This document shows, piece by piece, positions 20,956-30,540 of a DNA stretch of 44,146 nt; the first letter of the stretch is position 1; every line of letters begins with the position of its first letter. The stretch comes from Acaryochloridaceae cyanobacterium VAR_48_metabat_390 (lineage in GTDB: Bacteria > Cyanobacteriota > Cyanobacteriia > Thermosynechococcales > Thermosynechococcaceae). Under the pieces are notes generated by a model. It did not search any database, was not told the DNA's origin, and saw only the letters and a program-made list of their open reading frames with translations. Made by a program: the position numbers and the translations under genes. Location of the stretch: positions 1 to 44,146 of the forward strand of contig JANPLU010000027.1 in the NCBI GenBank assembly GCA_031422435.1. Direction: 5' to 3'.

Positions 20956-22275
20956 TTACTTGCGACTCAAGAAAAACATGGGGTCAACAGAACCACGACC
21001 ACCTTTGTGAATTTCAAAGTGAGTGTGAGGACCCGTACTGCGTCCGGTAGAACCCATGTGGGCAATTAACTCACCCTGATTCACCACTGCACCTGTACGA
21101 GCAAAGATTGTCTGGTTGTGCGCGTAGCGCGTCACAGAACCGTCTGGGTGACGAATTTCAACCAGATTGCCATAACCCCCATCATTCCAGCCTGCGCTGA
21201 TGACAACGCCAGATGCCGCAGCAACCACAGGCGTCCCAACGGGAGCAGCGATATCAATGCCGCGATGCATACGACCCCAGCGCCAGCCGTAGCCTGACGT
21301 AAACACGCCATTGGCAGGCCAAATAAACTTTTGGATGCCGTTTTGCAACATTGAGGGCAAAAACTGTTCAGCAGAGCTGAGGGGCGGCAAATCCAAAGGC
21401 GGAATTTGAAGAATAGATCGACGGGCAACCTGAGAGGCGCTAGGCACATAGTCCATCGCACTGCTGTCTTGCTTCGGTGCCAAGGCAATTTTTGCACTAG
21501 GCTGAACCTGAAGGGTAGATCCTGTCGGCTGTTCGCTGCTAATATTTTGTGTCAACGCTGCGGCGATAACGCTGCTCGTCGTCACAGAGAGCGTCGAGGC
21601 TGGTATTACCAAATCCTCGTTGATATCAATCACGTTAGGATTGGGGATTCGGTTGGTTTGGACGATGGAATCTGGAGAAACGCGGTATTTGCCGGCAATT
21701 TCAGTTAGATTTTCGCCTTTTTCAACGGTGTGAACCACTGCACCCGTATTTTGAGGTGCGTCGCTACCGCTAATAATTTTATTCTCAAGACCAACCGCAG
21801 TCTGTCCTAATTCTGGCTCAACCACAGCCGCCAAGCTATCAATGGGTTGGCTCGTCGAGACGAGTCGTCCAGGCTCAGCCCCAGCAATTGCTGATTGAAA
21901 TGGGCTGCTGGAGGTGGAATTAAGGGTAGCCAAGATATTTGGCGTTGTCGAAAAGGCCGCAGGCGCTTGGGCATTAGATACCTCTTGCACACGCCAAACG
22001 GTTTGTTGAATAGGCGACGAGAGTGCGACAGCAGCATCTGCTTGCGGCAGGGTCTGTAGCGTAGCCATAGGTGCTGAATGTAGCGCAAGGCGCGCTGTTG
22101 CTTGCTGCTGGGAAAGCACAACTCCCAACGCAGTAGCCGTCAATGTAATGCTCAATAAAGAAGCAGAACGAGTTCGACGGAAAAGGACTGCACCAAATCG
22201 AAGAGCAAACGGAGAGCGGCTCCAGTTTGCAGAGTTGATTTGAGTATCAACCTTCTGCGGAATTTCTCGTCTCAA
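20956..22275 (-). CDS. LysM + M23 peptidoglycan DD-metalloendopeptidase (NlpD-like)
   Basis: LysM HTVEKGENLTEIAGKYRVS; M23 motifs HRGIDIAAP, YAH, STGPHTHFE. TTG start at 22275 follows a strong AGGAGGT RBS. Confidence 0.9.
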   Translation of the reverse strand: MRREIPQKVDTQINSANWSRSPFALRFGAVLFRRTRSASLLSITLTATALGVVLSQQQATARLALHSAPMATLQTLPQADAAVALSSPIQQTVWRVQEVSNAQAPAAFSTTPNILATLNSTSSSPFQSAIAGAEPGRLVSTSQPIDSLAAVVEPELGQTAVGLENKIISGSDAPQNTGAVVHTVEKGENLTEIAGKYRVSPDSIVQTNRIPNPNVIDINEDLVIPASTLSVTTSSVIAAALTQNISSEQPTGSTLQVQPSAKIALAPKQDSSAMDYVPSASQVARRSILQIPPLDLPPLSSAEQFLPSMLQNGIQKFIWPANGVFTSGYGWRWGRMHRGIDIAAPVGTPVVAAASGVVISAGWNDGGYGNLVEIRHPDGSVTRYAHNQTIFARTGAVVNQGELIAHMGSTGRSTGPHTHFEIHKGGRGSVDPMFFLSRK

Positions 22276-22915
22276 TGAAGACCTCCTAGACAAATCATGA
22301 GTGATTCGGTGTGATTTTAAGTTCGCCTGCTCGCTCAGAAAAACTGGCAAGAGACAACTTTTACAAATCGATTGCTCATGTATTACAAAAAGCGACCCAT
22401 TTTGATTACGTAGCGCTTAGGTAAAAATACCTTGGTTTGGGTACTTAGACAAGCTAAGCGTTCCAAACACCGATTCCAGACACACCTTCAAAACAATTTC
22501 TGGAATCTTAACGCAACGTAACTTACACTCCACTCACCACAGCACTTGTTTTGTTCTTAGTGACTTTAGCCTATCTTTCCCCATGTGTTCAACAATGTGA
22601 TCCCCGTAGAACCACTGAGATTGAAATATCTGGGGGTAAAATTCAAAAAATAGAGTGGCTGCACTTACCCCAAAATTCTCTCTAAAGTGAGCGCCTGCTC
22701 AAAACGGCTGGGTTCTGATGGAACAAAGGTTTCATTGATTTACGGAGTCTTCTCAACTGCGCTCATTTCACAGACTAATCGGCGGTTTTTTCTACGCTCA
22801 AAAATTAACTCGAATTCACTACCCATACAATTTTCTTATCAATGAAAAACGCTGTCTAAACCGCCTAAGTCAGAAATTCATCATTAATGGGGAGCTAGCG
22901 CTAGTGCCTTGAGCG

Positions 22916-23377
22916 CTAGGGAACCAACCCTAACTGTCTTCGTGCTTCAAAAAGACCTAGGGCTGCGCTAACGGAAAGATTGAGGCTACGCACATGCACC
23001 CGCGACATGGGAATGTGTACGGTAGCTGTACAGGACTCTAGCATTGAGGCAGATAGCCCTGTGGTTTCGCTACCAAACAGCAGCCAGTCCTGGGGTTCAA
23101 ACCGATGCTGCCAGTAGCTGCTAGAGCCAGATGTACTAAATCCAATCAGGTTTCCACCTTCGGTACTGGCATGGTGATGAAACGCATCCCAAGAAGGGTG
23201 GCGATAGAGTTTAACGAAGGGCCAGTAGTCTAAGCCAGCGCGCTTGAGTTGGCGATCGCTCAGGTCAAACCCCAGTGGCTCTACGAGATGCAGTTCGGTA
23301 TCTGTGGCGGCACAGGTACGGGCAATATTACCCGTATTGGGCGGAATTTGAGGATTAACAAGCACAAGTTTAAGCAT
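22916..23377 (-). CDS. trmL: tRNA (cytidine/uridine(34)-2'-O)-methyltransferase TrmL (SpoU family)
   Basis: PQIPPNTGNIARTCA, KRAGLDYW, LFGSETTGL, RSLNLS. Confidence 0.93.
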   Translation of the reverse strand: MLKLVLVNPQIPPNTGNIARTCAATDTELHLVEPLGFDLSDRQLKRAGLDYWPFVKLYRHPSWDAFHHHASTEGGNLIGFSTSGSSSYWQHRFEPQDWLLFGSETTGLSASMLESCTATVHIPMSRVHVRSLNLSVSAALGLFEARRQLGLVP

Positions 23378-23455
23378 AGACACACAGTTTAGCCGAGGTT
23401 TCGTCTTGGTTAGACCGTACCTCGGCAGTTATTTTGTAGAGATTGCAGTTTGATT

Positions 23456-24598
23456 TTATGCGATCGTCGGCTCACACAGCTTATTGCGGAGTTCTAGCTC
23501 GTCTAGCTCCATCGACAAAATCGCCTGCTGCATCACGGCGCGCACAGACCAACCTTTTTCAAGCATTTTGAGCCACTGCTGGGCTTCATTGCCGTCTCGT
23601 AAAATCGTCTGAATTGGGGTTAAGAAGCAGCTAAAGCCGTGTTTTTTAGCAGTAGGCCAGACTTCGGTATATAGCTCTTCAATCCAGTCCCGAGCGAGGA
23701 GCGTGCGTCCGTCCTGCCAGTGGGTCAGTTCAGCGTCTAAGCTATTTTTTGCTGCGGCCTGTTCGTTGGCGGCAGTGAGGCGATTGAGCTGAGGCAGGTC
23801 TTGGCTATAAATGCTGGAGTTAAACGGATCAAGGGAGGGGTCATCCATAAGCTGCTGAATCCGCGCCTCAAGCAGCGCTGAGATTGCCAGTAACTTAACG
23901 GGGTGGGTCACTAAATCGCAGATCCGCAGTTCTAGACGGTTGAGGTCGTAGGGGCGTGCAGCGCCGTTAGGCCGCACAGAACTCCAAAGGTGTCGCACAT
24001 TTTGCATGGTGCCCGTCGCAAGCTGGGCTTCTGTCCAGGCGATGAAATGCTCATGGCTTTCAAACAGGGGCACCTGCTTGGGGGTTTGCGGAAATACAGC
24101 CCAGCGATTGGAATGAAATCCGGTTACTTTGCCATCTAAAAACGGAGACGCGGCACTTAAGGCTAAAAACAGCGGTGCCTCTAATCGCACAAGACGACAG
24201 GCTTTCATCAAAAGCTGAGGGTCAGGGATGCCCACATTAATATGAATGCTGGCGGTAACCACCTGGGTACCGTAGGTATTTTCGATATAGGAGTGGTAAG
24301 GGTTGTTTGGCTCGGAGCGATAGAACCGAGTGCTATCCCCCAGAGAAAGGGCGCTGCCGGGGATAATGGTGTAGTCTCCAATGGAGTTGAGGTATTGCCT
24401 AAGCTTGAGGCGCGGCAGCACTAGGGCGCAAAGCAACTGCTCGTAGTCGCGCAGGGGGTCGGTGATGTACTCTACATTGCGGCTATCTGGCTCTCGTACA
24501 AATCCGTCTATTTCTGACGTAATGCGATCGGACAGCCCAATAATGTCCCCTGTGGGCGAGCCTGTATAGACTTCAACTTCAAACCCTTTGGTAAGCAC
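23456..24598 (-). CDS. gshA: Glutamate--cysteine ligase, cyanobacterial type
   Basis: KGFEVEVYTG, EPDSRNVEY, TASIHINVG, HLWSSVRPNG, NRLELRICD. GTG start at 24598 with GAGGA upstream. Confidence 0.9.
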   Translation of the reverse strand: MLTKGFEVEVYTGSPTGDIIGLSDRITSEIDGFVREPDSRNVEYITDPLRDYEQLLCALVLPRLKLRQYLNSIGDYTIIPGSALSLGDSTRFYRSEPNNPYHSYIENTYGTQVVTASIHINVGIPDPQLLMKACRLVRLEAPLFLALSAASPFLDGKVTGFHSNRWAVFPQTPKQVPLFESHEHFIAWTEAQLATGTMQNVRHLWSSVRPNGAARPYDLNRLELRICDLVTHPVKLLAISALLEARIQQLMDDPSLDPFNSSIYSQDLPQLNRLTAANEQAAAKNSLDAELTHWQDGRTLLARDWIEELYTEVWPTAKKHGFSCFLTPIQTILRDGNEAQQWLKMLEKGWSVRAVMQQAILSMELDELELRNKLCEPTIA

Positions 24599-24830
24599 TG
24601 CGATTTTCCTCAATGGGGTGGACAGACACAGGACGGGTATCAGGACGAATCGCGCTCCAACCTGAAGCCGCCAGGAATGTCCTTTGCCCCTATTTTTATT
24701 CTGGCATGTTTGCCTCGGCAAAATGGAGGGCGGTTTGAGACTGGAAAACCGAACTTTTTAATTATTTCTGTCTCAAGGGCTACTGCCACACCACTTAACT
24801 GTGTCTTCAGCATCGTAAAGGCTAGAACCG

Positions 24831-25124
24831 TTAACCTATACCTTCCTCAAGACGTAAAAATTGAATACTCGGCACTAGGGGGTCTTGAACAATTCCAAAT
24901 CCTTTGAGCTGCCATCGTTTTAGAGTGGCAGGTAGTGTCGTTGCTGCAATCATTTCTACGGCGCACCCAGTGCTGCCGCTGCCGTGGGTGTTGACATAGC
25001 TGAGCGCGTCATAGTCTGCCGAGAATAACAGCAGAAAGCCATCCGCTGCATCTGCCGAAGGGTGGGCAACGAGGTACTCGCCGCTGGTCTGCGATCGCAC
25101 CACATAGTAAAACTGTGACAGCAT
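24831..25124 (-). CDS. Small conserved cyanobacterial hypothetical protein
   Basis: 97-aa ORF 8 bp downstream of the permease on the same strand; FLLLFSADYDALSYVNTH, LKRWQLKGFGIVQDPL. Confidence 0.7.
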   Translation of the reverse strand: MLSQFYYVVRSQTSGEYLVAHPSADAADGFLLLFSADYDALSYVNTHGSGSTGCAVEMIAATTLPATLKRWQLKGFGIVQDPLVPSIQFLRLEEGIG

Positions 25125-25132
25125 AATTCCTC

Positions 25133-26218
25133 TCAGTTTGTGCCGCGATCATCTAGCTGGATTCTTGGGTCTACTATTTTTAGTAAAATATCCGCCAAAA
25201 AGTTACCTAAAATCAACATGGCAGCCCCCATCATGAGGGTGCCCATAATGAGGTAAAGGTCGATGGCCTGAACAGCCTGTAGGGTTAAGCGCCCTAACCC
25301 AGGCCAGTTAAAAAAGTATTCGGCAATAAACGCGCCGCCCAGTAAACTGGCAAACTCAAAGCCGAGAAGCGTAATGAGCGGATTGACCGCATTGCGAAGG
25401 GCGTGAACATAAATCACGCGGTTTTCGGGTAGCCCCTTGGCACGGGCGGTTTGAATATAGTTTTGCCGCAGCACATCCAATAAATTGCCCCGCGTAATGC
25501 GCTGAAGCCCCGCAAAGCTGGTAATGCTGAGGGCAAGGGTGGGCAAAATCATGTGCCAGCCAATATCGAGCTGTCGCCCTAACCAGTTGAGATCGTCATG
25601 GTTGATGCTGGTCATGCCCCCAACGGGAAAAAAGGGGGTGCTTTGGGCAAAAAACAGCAGCGCTAAAGCCGTAATAAAGCTAGGGAACCCCTGCCCGATA
25701 TAGCTCAACACCTGTAAGAGCTGATCTAACCAACGGTTTTGATTTACCGCGCCCACAATGCCAAGGGGGATGGCAATGCCCCAGGTGAGGAGGATGGAGG
25801 TGATCGCAAGCAGCAGCGTATTGGGCACCCGCTCCCACAGCAAGTCCACCACAGGGCGCTGAGAAATAAAGCTGTCGCCAAAGTTGAGCTGCGTGATCAC
25901 CTGCCACAGCCAACGGAAATATTGCTCAATGGGTGGGCGATCTAGCCCAAAGAGCTGGCTTAGCTCCTTAATGCGTTCTTGAGAAATCTTAGGATCTAGC
26001 TTTAGAGCATCTAAGTAATTGGATGGCGAAAGCTGAATGACCGTAAAACACAGCGCAGAGGCCAGCAGCAGCGTCACGAGCGCCTGCCCCAAGCGTCGGA
26101 AACTGTAGATAGCCAATTCGCTACCCAGCGACGCCTTTAGAAGCTGGAAGACAGACAACCGCTTTTTGCCAAGCGTATGCGCTTTGGAAGAAGGTTCAAT
26201 GGGCGCTGGAGATGTCAT
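25133..26218 (-). CDS. Peptide/nickel ABC transporter permease (DppB/OppB family)
   Basis: FGLDRP..QYFRWL, NFGDSF, EAA-like loop YIQTARAKGL, HALRNA, FNWPGLG. Confidence 0.92.
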   Translation of the reverse strand: MTSPAPIEPSSKAHTLGKKRLSVFQLLKASLGSELAIYSFRRLGQALVTLLLASALCFTVIQLSPSNYLDALKLDPKISQERIKELSQLFGLDRPPIEQYFRWLWQVITQLNFGDSFISQRPVVDLLWERVPNTLLLAITSILLTWGIAIPLGIVGAVNQNRWLDQLLQVLSYIGQGFPSFITALALLFFAQSTPFFPVGGMTSINHDDLNWLGRQLDIGWHMILPTLALSITSFAGLQRITRGNLLDVLRQNYIQTARAKGLPENRVIYVHALRNAVNPLITLLGFEFASLLGGAFIAEYFFNWPGLGRLTLQAVQAIDLYLIMGTLMMGAAMLILGNFLADILLKIVDPRIQLDDRGTN

Positions 26219-26259
26219 ACAAAACCCTCGCGCAGTTAGGCGCTAAGCAATACAGAATT

Positions 26260-26772
26260 CTAATATTGAATAAGCGACTGGATAGCTATATTCGGCAGCT
26301 TTTCTCGTCCTGCCAAAGCGGTTAGCTCAATCACAAAGGCAATGCCCACCAAGGTCGATCCCGTTGTGCCGATTAGCTGTGTTGCCGCTGCGGCAGTTCC
26401 CCCCGTCGCCAGCAGGTCGTCTACCAGCAGCACACGACTCCCCGCAGGGAAAGCGTCTTGATGGATCTGTAGACAATCTGTACCATACTCCAGAGCATAT
26501 TCGGCTGAGTGGGTGGCAGCGGGCAGCTTACCAGGCTTGCGAATGGGGACAAACCCGACCGAAAGACGATGGGCCAGCGGCGTTCCAAAAATGAACCCTC
26601 TAGACTCAATGCCTGCGATGTAGTCAATTGACTCGTTTTGATACAGCTCAGTCAACTGGTCAATTACAAAGCCAAAGCCTTTAGGATTTTGCAGGAGTGT
26701 GGTGATGTCTCGGTACAGAATGCCCTCTTTTGGGAAGTCTGGAATATCGCGAATCAGGGTTTTGAGGTCCAT
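26260..26772 (-). CDS. apt: Adenine phosphoribosyltransferase
   Basis: [44 protein letters not shown]. Confidence 0.97.
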   Translation of the reverse strand: MDLKTLIRDIPDFPKEGILYRDITTLLQNPKGFGFVIDQLTELYQNESIDYIAGIESRGFIFGTPLAHRLSVGFVPIRKPGKLPAATHSAEYALEYGTDCLQIHQDAFPAGSRVLLVDDLLATGGTAAAATQLIGTTGSTLVGIAFVIELTALAGREKLPNIAIQSLIQY

Positions 26773-27010
26773 TTTAAGGTAGGTTGCGCAAGGGTATACA
26801 GCGGTATGGATGGATCTGGTTATGAATACTAGGCCAGAAAAGTCCTAATTTTGGGAATACTTAGATCAGTAGGCCAAAAGACTTTAAGGCTTTGTGATAA
26901 GAAGTTACGTCAGAAATCGTACACTAAGTGGGGGAATGGGGTTAAGCCTTACGCTTAAACCTTACGCCAATATGCGGTGGCGCTTTCGTCGGTGAACATA
27001 ACCTGATTGA

Positions 27011-27670
27011 ATGCGTCTAAATGATATGGGATTACAGTCTATAAGCTTGATGGATACTGACAAACTAGAGATGCAGGGCGCTACGGCTCAAACGGATTCC
27101 TATGCCTTTGCAGGTTTAGTGGATCCTGAGATGCCAGGGCAAGTCTGCCCACGCCGAACGCGAATTCAGTTGGACTGGATGCTGCTGGCTTTGGAGGCGC
27201 TCGACCTCAACGCAACAGAAAATATCATTGTGGGGCTGCATGAGCTTCAGCTCCAGCCGGTGATTAAAAATCGGGTGCATCTTTGGCAGTTGCGCAATAC
27301 CAACCCTCTGCGGCGCTTTAGCCAGCGACAGTCTTTAAGCCTGACGGAAGGAAAAGCGCTTGTGGTGCTGGCCTGCTATCTTGCACGGCGACAAACCAGC
27401 ACTATTCGCCAGCTTTTGAGAGCCGATGAGCAGCTTAAGTCTAAAAACCTGAGTGCTGAGCATCATTTCCGTTTAGCGCAGTACCTAGAGCGGTTTCGGG
27501 GTCACTTTTGGAGCCGCATGAACGCCAACCGGACGGCGATCGCCCCCTATAAATCTAGCGAGGCGCTTAACGATTTGGCGCTGAGTCTGCTGGGGCAAAT
27601 CTTGTTTTGTACGGGCACCGCAGGAATGCAGCGGCTTTGGTCTAGTTTATTTGATGGGGAAGTAGCGTAA
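27011..27670 (+). CDS. DUF3038 family protein
   Basis: QLDWMLLALEAL, NRVHLWQLRNTNPLRR, LFCTGTAGMQRLWSSLFDG. Start uncertain. Confidence 0.75.
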   Translation: MRLNDMGLQSISLMDTDKLEMQGATAQTDSYAFAGLVDPEMPGQVCPRRTRIQLDWMLLALEALDLNATENIIVGLHELQLQPVIKNRVHLWQLRNTNPLRRFSQRQSLSLTEGKALVVLACYLARRQTSTIRQLLRADEQLKSKNLSAEHHFRLAQYLERFRGHFWSRMNANRTAIAPYKSSEALNDLALSLLGQILFCTGTAGMQRLWSSLFDGEVA

Positions 27671-27678
27671 GATTCACC

Positions 27679-28455
27679 ATGCCTATTCAGCGTCAATATA
27701 GTTTGCCAGACTGTGTTTTAACCCTAGATGGGTTAAGCAATTTAACCGAAAGTGCCGCCGGAAATCGCCCCGAACTATTGGTACTGACTAGATTTGAGTG
27801 CTACTTTGCCGGAGAGAAGGCTCCCCTCGTGGGCGGGCGGGAACTGCTAGACAGCTTGATTGCTGCGACCAATACCTGTGTGCAGGCTTGGATCAGCGGG
27901 GTTAAGTCAGCGCTCAAAGCAGATGACTCCAAGGTGCAGCTTCAGCCCGCGAAGGAAGGGGGAGGCTTTGACCTCAGGGTGCCAGCCGCGCTTTTGTTTC
28001 AGGGTACCTCAGCGTTCTCATCGACAGAAGAGGGGCTAGAAAAGCCTGCGGTAGAGCTGCACCTTTCGGCAGTGCAGGTCTTTGACCTCATGGAGGCAGT
28101 CGATCAGCTCACAGCCGACCAGCAAACCTTGCCAGAACTTCAGGTTGCAATTCAGCCGCGATCGCGCCGAGATGTCATGTCTACCCAGCTTGTGCTGGAG
28201 CAGTCAGCCCCCATTGCCTTGGGTGCGGCTAGCGTTGCGATCGCAGCGGCAGCGGTCTTCTTTATCCCTGCGCCTAAAGTTCAGTCTCCGCCGAAAGAAC
28301 TGCAAACTCAGCCTTCCACGGGTCTGCCTGTCTCCCCTGCAACTGCACCGCCCAAGGCGGGTACTGCAACGCCAGTGGTTTCCCCAACCGCTCCTCCATC
28401 TCAGTCGGTAACACCAGCCCCAACCCCAGCCGCCTCACCCAAAACGGCTCCATAA
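27679..28455 (+). CDS. DUF4335 family protein (one TM helix, Pro/Thr-rich tail)
   Basis: IQRQYSLPDCVLTLDGL, LVGGRELL, LSAVQVFDLMEAVDQL; directly follows DUF3038. Confidence 0.72.
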   Translation: MPIQRQYSLPDCVLTLDGLSNLTESAAGNRPELLVLTRFECYFAGEKAPLVGGRELLDSLIAATNTCVQAWISGVKSALKADDSKVQLQPAKEGGGFDLRVPAALLFQGTSAFSSTEEGLEKPAVELHLSAVQVFDLMEAVDQLTADQQTLPELQVAIQPRSRRDVMSTQLVLEQSAPIALGAASVAIAAAAVFFIPAPKVQSPPKELQTQPSTGLPVSPATAPPKAGTATPVVSPTAPPSQSVTPAPTPAASPKTAP

Positions 28456-28460
28456 GGGCA

Positions 28461-28925
28461 TTAGCTAGCATCAGGCGGGGGCGGCACGTTATTTTCTTCA
28501 TTGCGCAGCTCTTGCAAAACCTGCTGCACAAACCCTCTTAGCTGGCGGTTGTCTTCTTGGCAAGACATCATGAGCTGTGTGCCCATTTGCAGCATCAGTA
28601 AAGGGATGCGAATAAGAAGGTAGCTCAGCACAATGAGCGTAATAACGGCAAGCCAGCGAGCCGGCCCATTAAAGGGCGAAGGGGTAGCTCCAGAGGCAGT
28701 AGAAGGGCTAACGGAACTGTCTAAAAAGATAGAAGACCACTGATCTACCAGCGTTTTGGCAGCAGTGGGATTGGACGCAATATTTAAAACATAGATAAAA
28801 AGAGTAACCGCTAAGGCAACGCTAATAACGATCAGTACGGCAGAGAGAATGAGCAGTAAAGTCCTTAACCGATGGTTGAGGCGGTTAAACTGTCTGCGAT
28901 CGCGGCGAAAATCGTTCAAACCCAT
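28461..28925 (-). CDS. Hypothetical two-TM membrane protein
   Basis: 154-aa ORF with two long hydrophobic segments and a basic N-terminus. Confidence 0.6.
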   Translation of the reverse strand: MGLNDFRRDRRQFNRLNHRLRTLLLILSAVLIVISVALAVTLFIYVLNIASNPTAAKTLVDQWSSIFLDSSVSPSTASGATPSPFNGPARWLAVITLIVLSYLLIRIPLLMLQMGTQLMMSCQEDNRQLRGFVQQVLQELRNEENNVPPPPDAS

Positions 28926-29188
28926 CCTAGACGGTGTCCCAATTCTTCTAAAATGCTAGGGGAGCATCACAGGGTTTGTCAGAGGAAGGTTATTCTTTAC
29001 TGACAAACGAAATAATGCTAATTCTGGCGTTTAGGGCGTTTTGCCCCTACCGCATTGAATGAATGCTACCGCACTGAATAGCGGGATTGAACACTTTACA
29101 TTTTATGGTTCAATTCAGTTTGCCTCATTGGAGCATGATTAAGCATTAGCCCTATGGTTATAACGTTATTACTTGGAGATTTGTTCTC

Positions 29189-29698
29189 GTGGATCTAACA
29201 CGTATTCCTGCCCAGCCCAAGCCCGGACTTATTAACGTTTTGATTGAAATTGCGGCAGGCAGCAAAAATAAGTACGAATTTGACAAAGACATGAACGCGT
29301 TTGCCTTAGACCGCGTTCTATACTCCTCTGTAATGTATCCCTATGACTATGGGTTTATCCCTAATACCTTGGGTGACGATGGCGACCCTCTCGACGGAAT
29401 GGTCATTATGGATGAACCCACGTTTCCAGGCTGCGTAATTGCGGCACGACCCATCGGTTATTTGGAGATGATCGACGGCGGTGAGGGTGATGAAAAGATT
29501 TTGTGCGTCCCTGACCAAGACCCGCGCTTTACCCACGTCACGTCCCTGAGCAATATTGCCCAGCATCGGCTAGATGAAATCTCTGAGTTTTTCTTGACCT
29601 ACAAAAATCTTCAAAAGAAAAAGGTTGAAATTCGCGGCTGGCATGATGTTGACAAAGTGAAAGCCCTTGTAGACAGAGGGATTGCAGCCTACAAGTAA
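29189..29698 (+). CDS. ppa: Inorganic pyrophosphatase (family I)
   Basis: [35 protein letters not shown] start with GGAG upstream. Confidence 0.97.
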   Translation: MDLTRIPAQPKPGLINVLIEIAAGSKNKYEFDKDMNAFALDRVLYSSVMYPYDYGFIPNTLGDDGDPLDGMVIMDEPTFPGCVIAARPIGYLEMIDGGEGDEKILCVPDQDPRFTHVTSLSNIAQHRLDEISEFFLTYKNLQKKKVEIRGWHDVDKVKALVDRGIAAYK

Positions 29699-29706
29699 GG
29701 CTATGT

Positions 29707-29730
29707 GGGGGCGTAACGGTCTTGCGCCCC
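29707..29730 (+). terminator. GC-rich hairpin just after the ppa stop (terminator or 3' stabiliser)
   Basis: ggggcgtaa-cggtc-ttgcgcccc; no clear U tract. Confidence 0.45.
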
Positions 29731-29904
29731 TCCGATGATTATTCACTGAATATCAATTTTTTAAGCCTTAAAGTCGTAAGTTAAACAACGTCCAACTTTT
29801 AGAAAACGCTCATGTAGGTAAGGGCAGCTTTAGCTGGTACTGCATTGAAGAATCCTAGGTTTATCGTCAAGACAGTATCTACAAAGCTTTCATGTTATTT
29901 ATTC

Positions 29905-30540
29905 TCATTCCTTACTAAGGCTTGTGCCGACTAGACAGGCATCTGTCAGGTCGGTGCCATTAAGGTTTGCGCCCTCTAGTTCTGCACATAGTAAATTGGC
30001 TCGAATCAGCGTTGCGCCAGCTAAGTTAGCGCCGCGCAGGTCGGCTTCTTCTAAATTTGCTTCTGTGAGTAATGCACCTTGGAGATTAGCCGTTCTCAGA
30101 TCTGCACCTCTTAAATTGGTGTTACTAAGGTTTGCGCCTCTAAGGTCAGCCTGTCTTAAATCAACGCCTTGCAGGTTAACGCTCATGAGGTTTGCACCGC
30201 ACAAAGAGGCTCCCGCAAAGTTTGCCTGGTGAGGGTTTGCACCCATCAAATTAGCACCGCGCAGACTAGCGCCTCTAAGATCTGCCTGAACCAAGTTTGC
30301 CTGCATTAGGTTGGCACCCCAGAGATTTGCCCGTAAGTCAGCTCCACTGAGCTGCGCGCCCATTAGGTTTGCACCTTCTAAGTAAGCGCGCTCTAAGTTT
30401 GCACCTTTTAGGTTGGTGCCCACAAGTTTAGCGCCTGCCAAGTTGCCTCCCGCTAGGTTGACCCCCGCTAAATCTTCATCTTCAAGATTGGCTCCGGCTA
30501 ATGCCTTAAGGTTCCCTTTGCGAATTGACTCAATGTCCAT
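29905..30540 (-). CDS. Pentapeptide repeat protein
   Basis: Continuous A(N/D)LxG repeats. ATG 30540 with GGAGG RBS overlaps the upstream gene by 11 nt. Confidence 0.9.
   Translation of the reverse strand: MDIESIRKGNLKALAGANLEDEDLAGVNLAGGNLAGAKLVGTNLKGANLERAYLEGANLMGAQLSGADLRANLWGANLMQANLVQADLRGASLRGANLMGANPHQANFAGASLCGANLMSVNLQGVDLRQADLRGANLSNTNLRGADLRTANLQGALLTEANLEEADLRGANLAGATLIRANLLCAELEGANLNGTDLTDACLVGTSLSKE

Noticed and set aside
29905..30540. 15-bp periodicity here and at about 43600-43950 resembling a repeat array
   Set aside because: Explained by pentapeptide-repeat coding sequence; no repeat-spacer structure.
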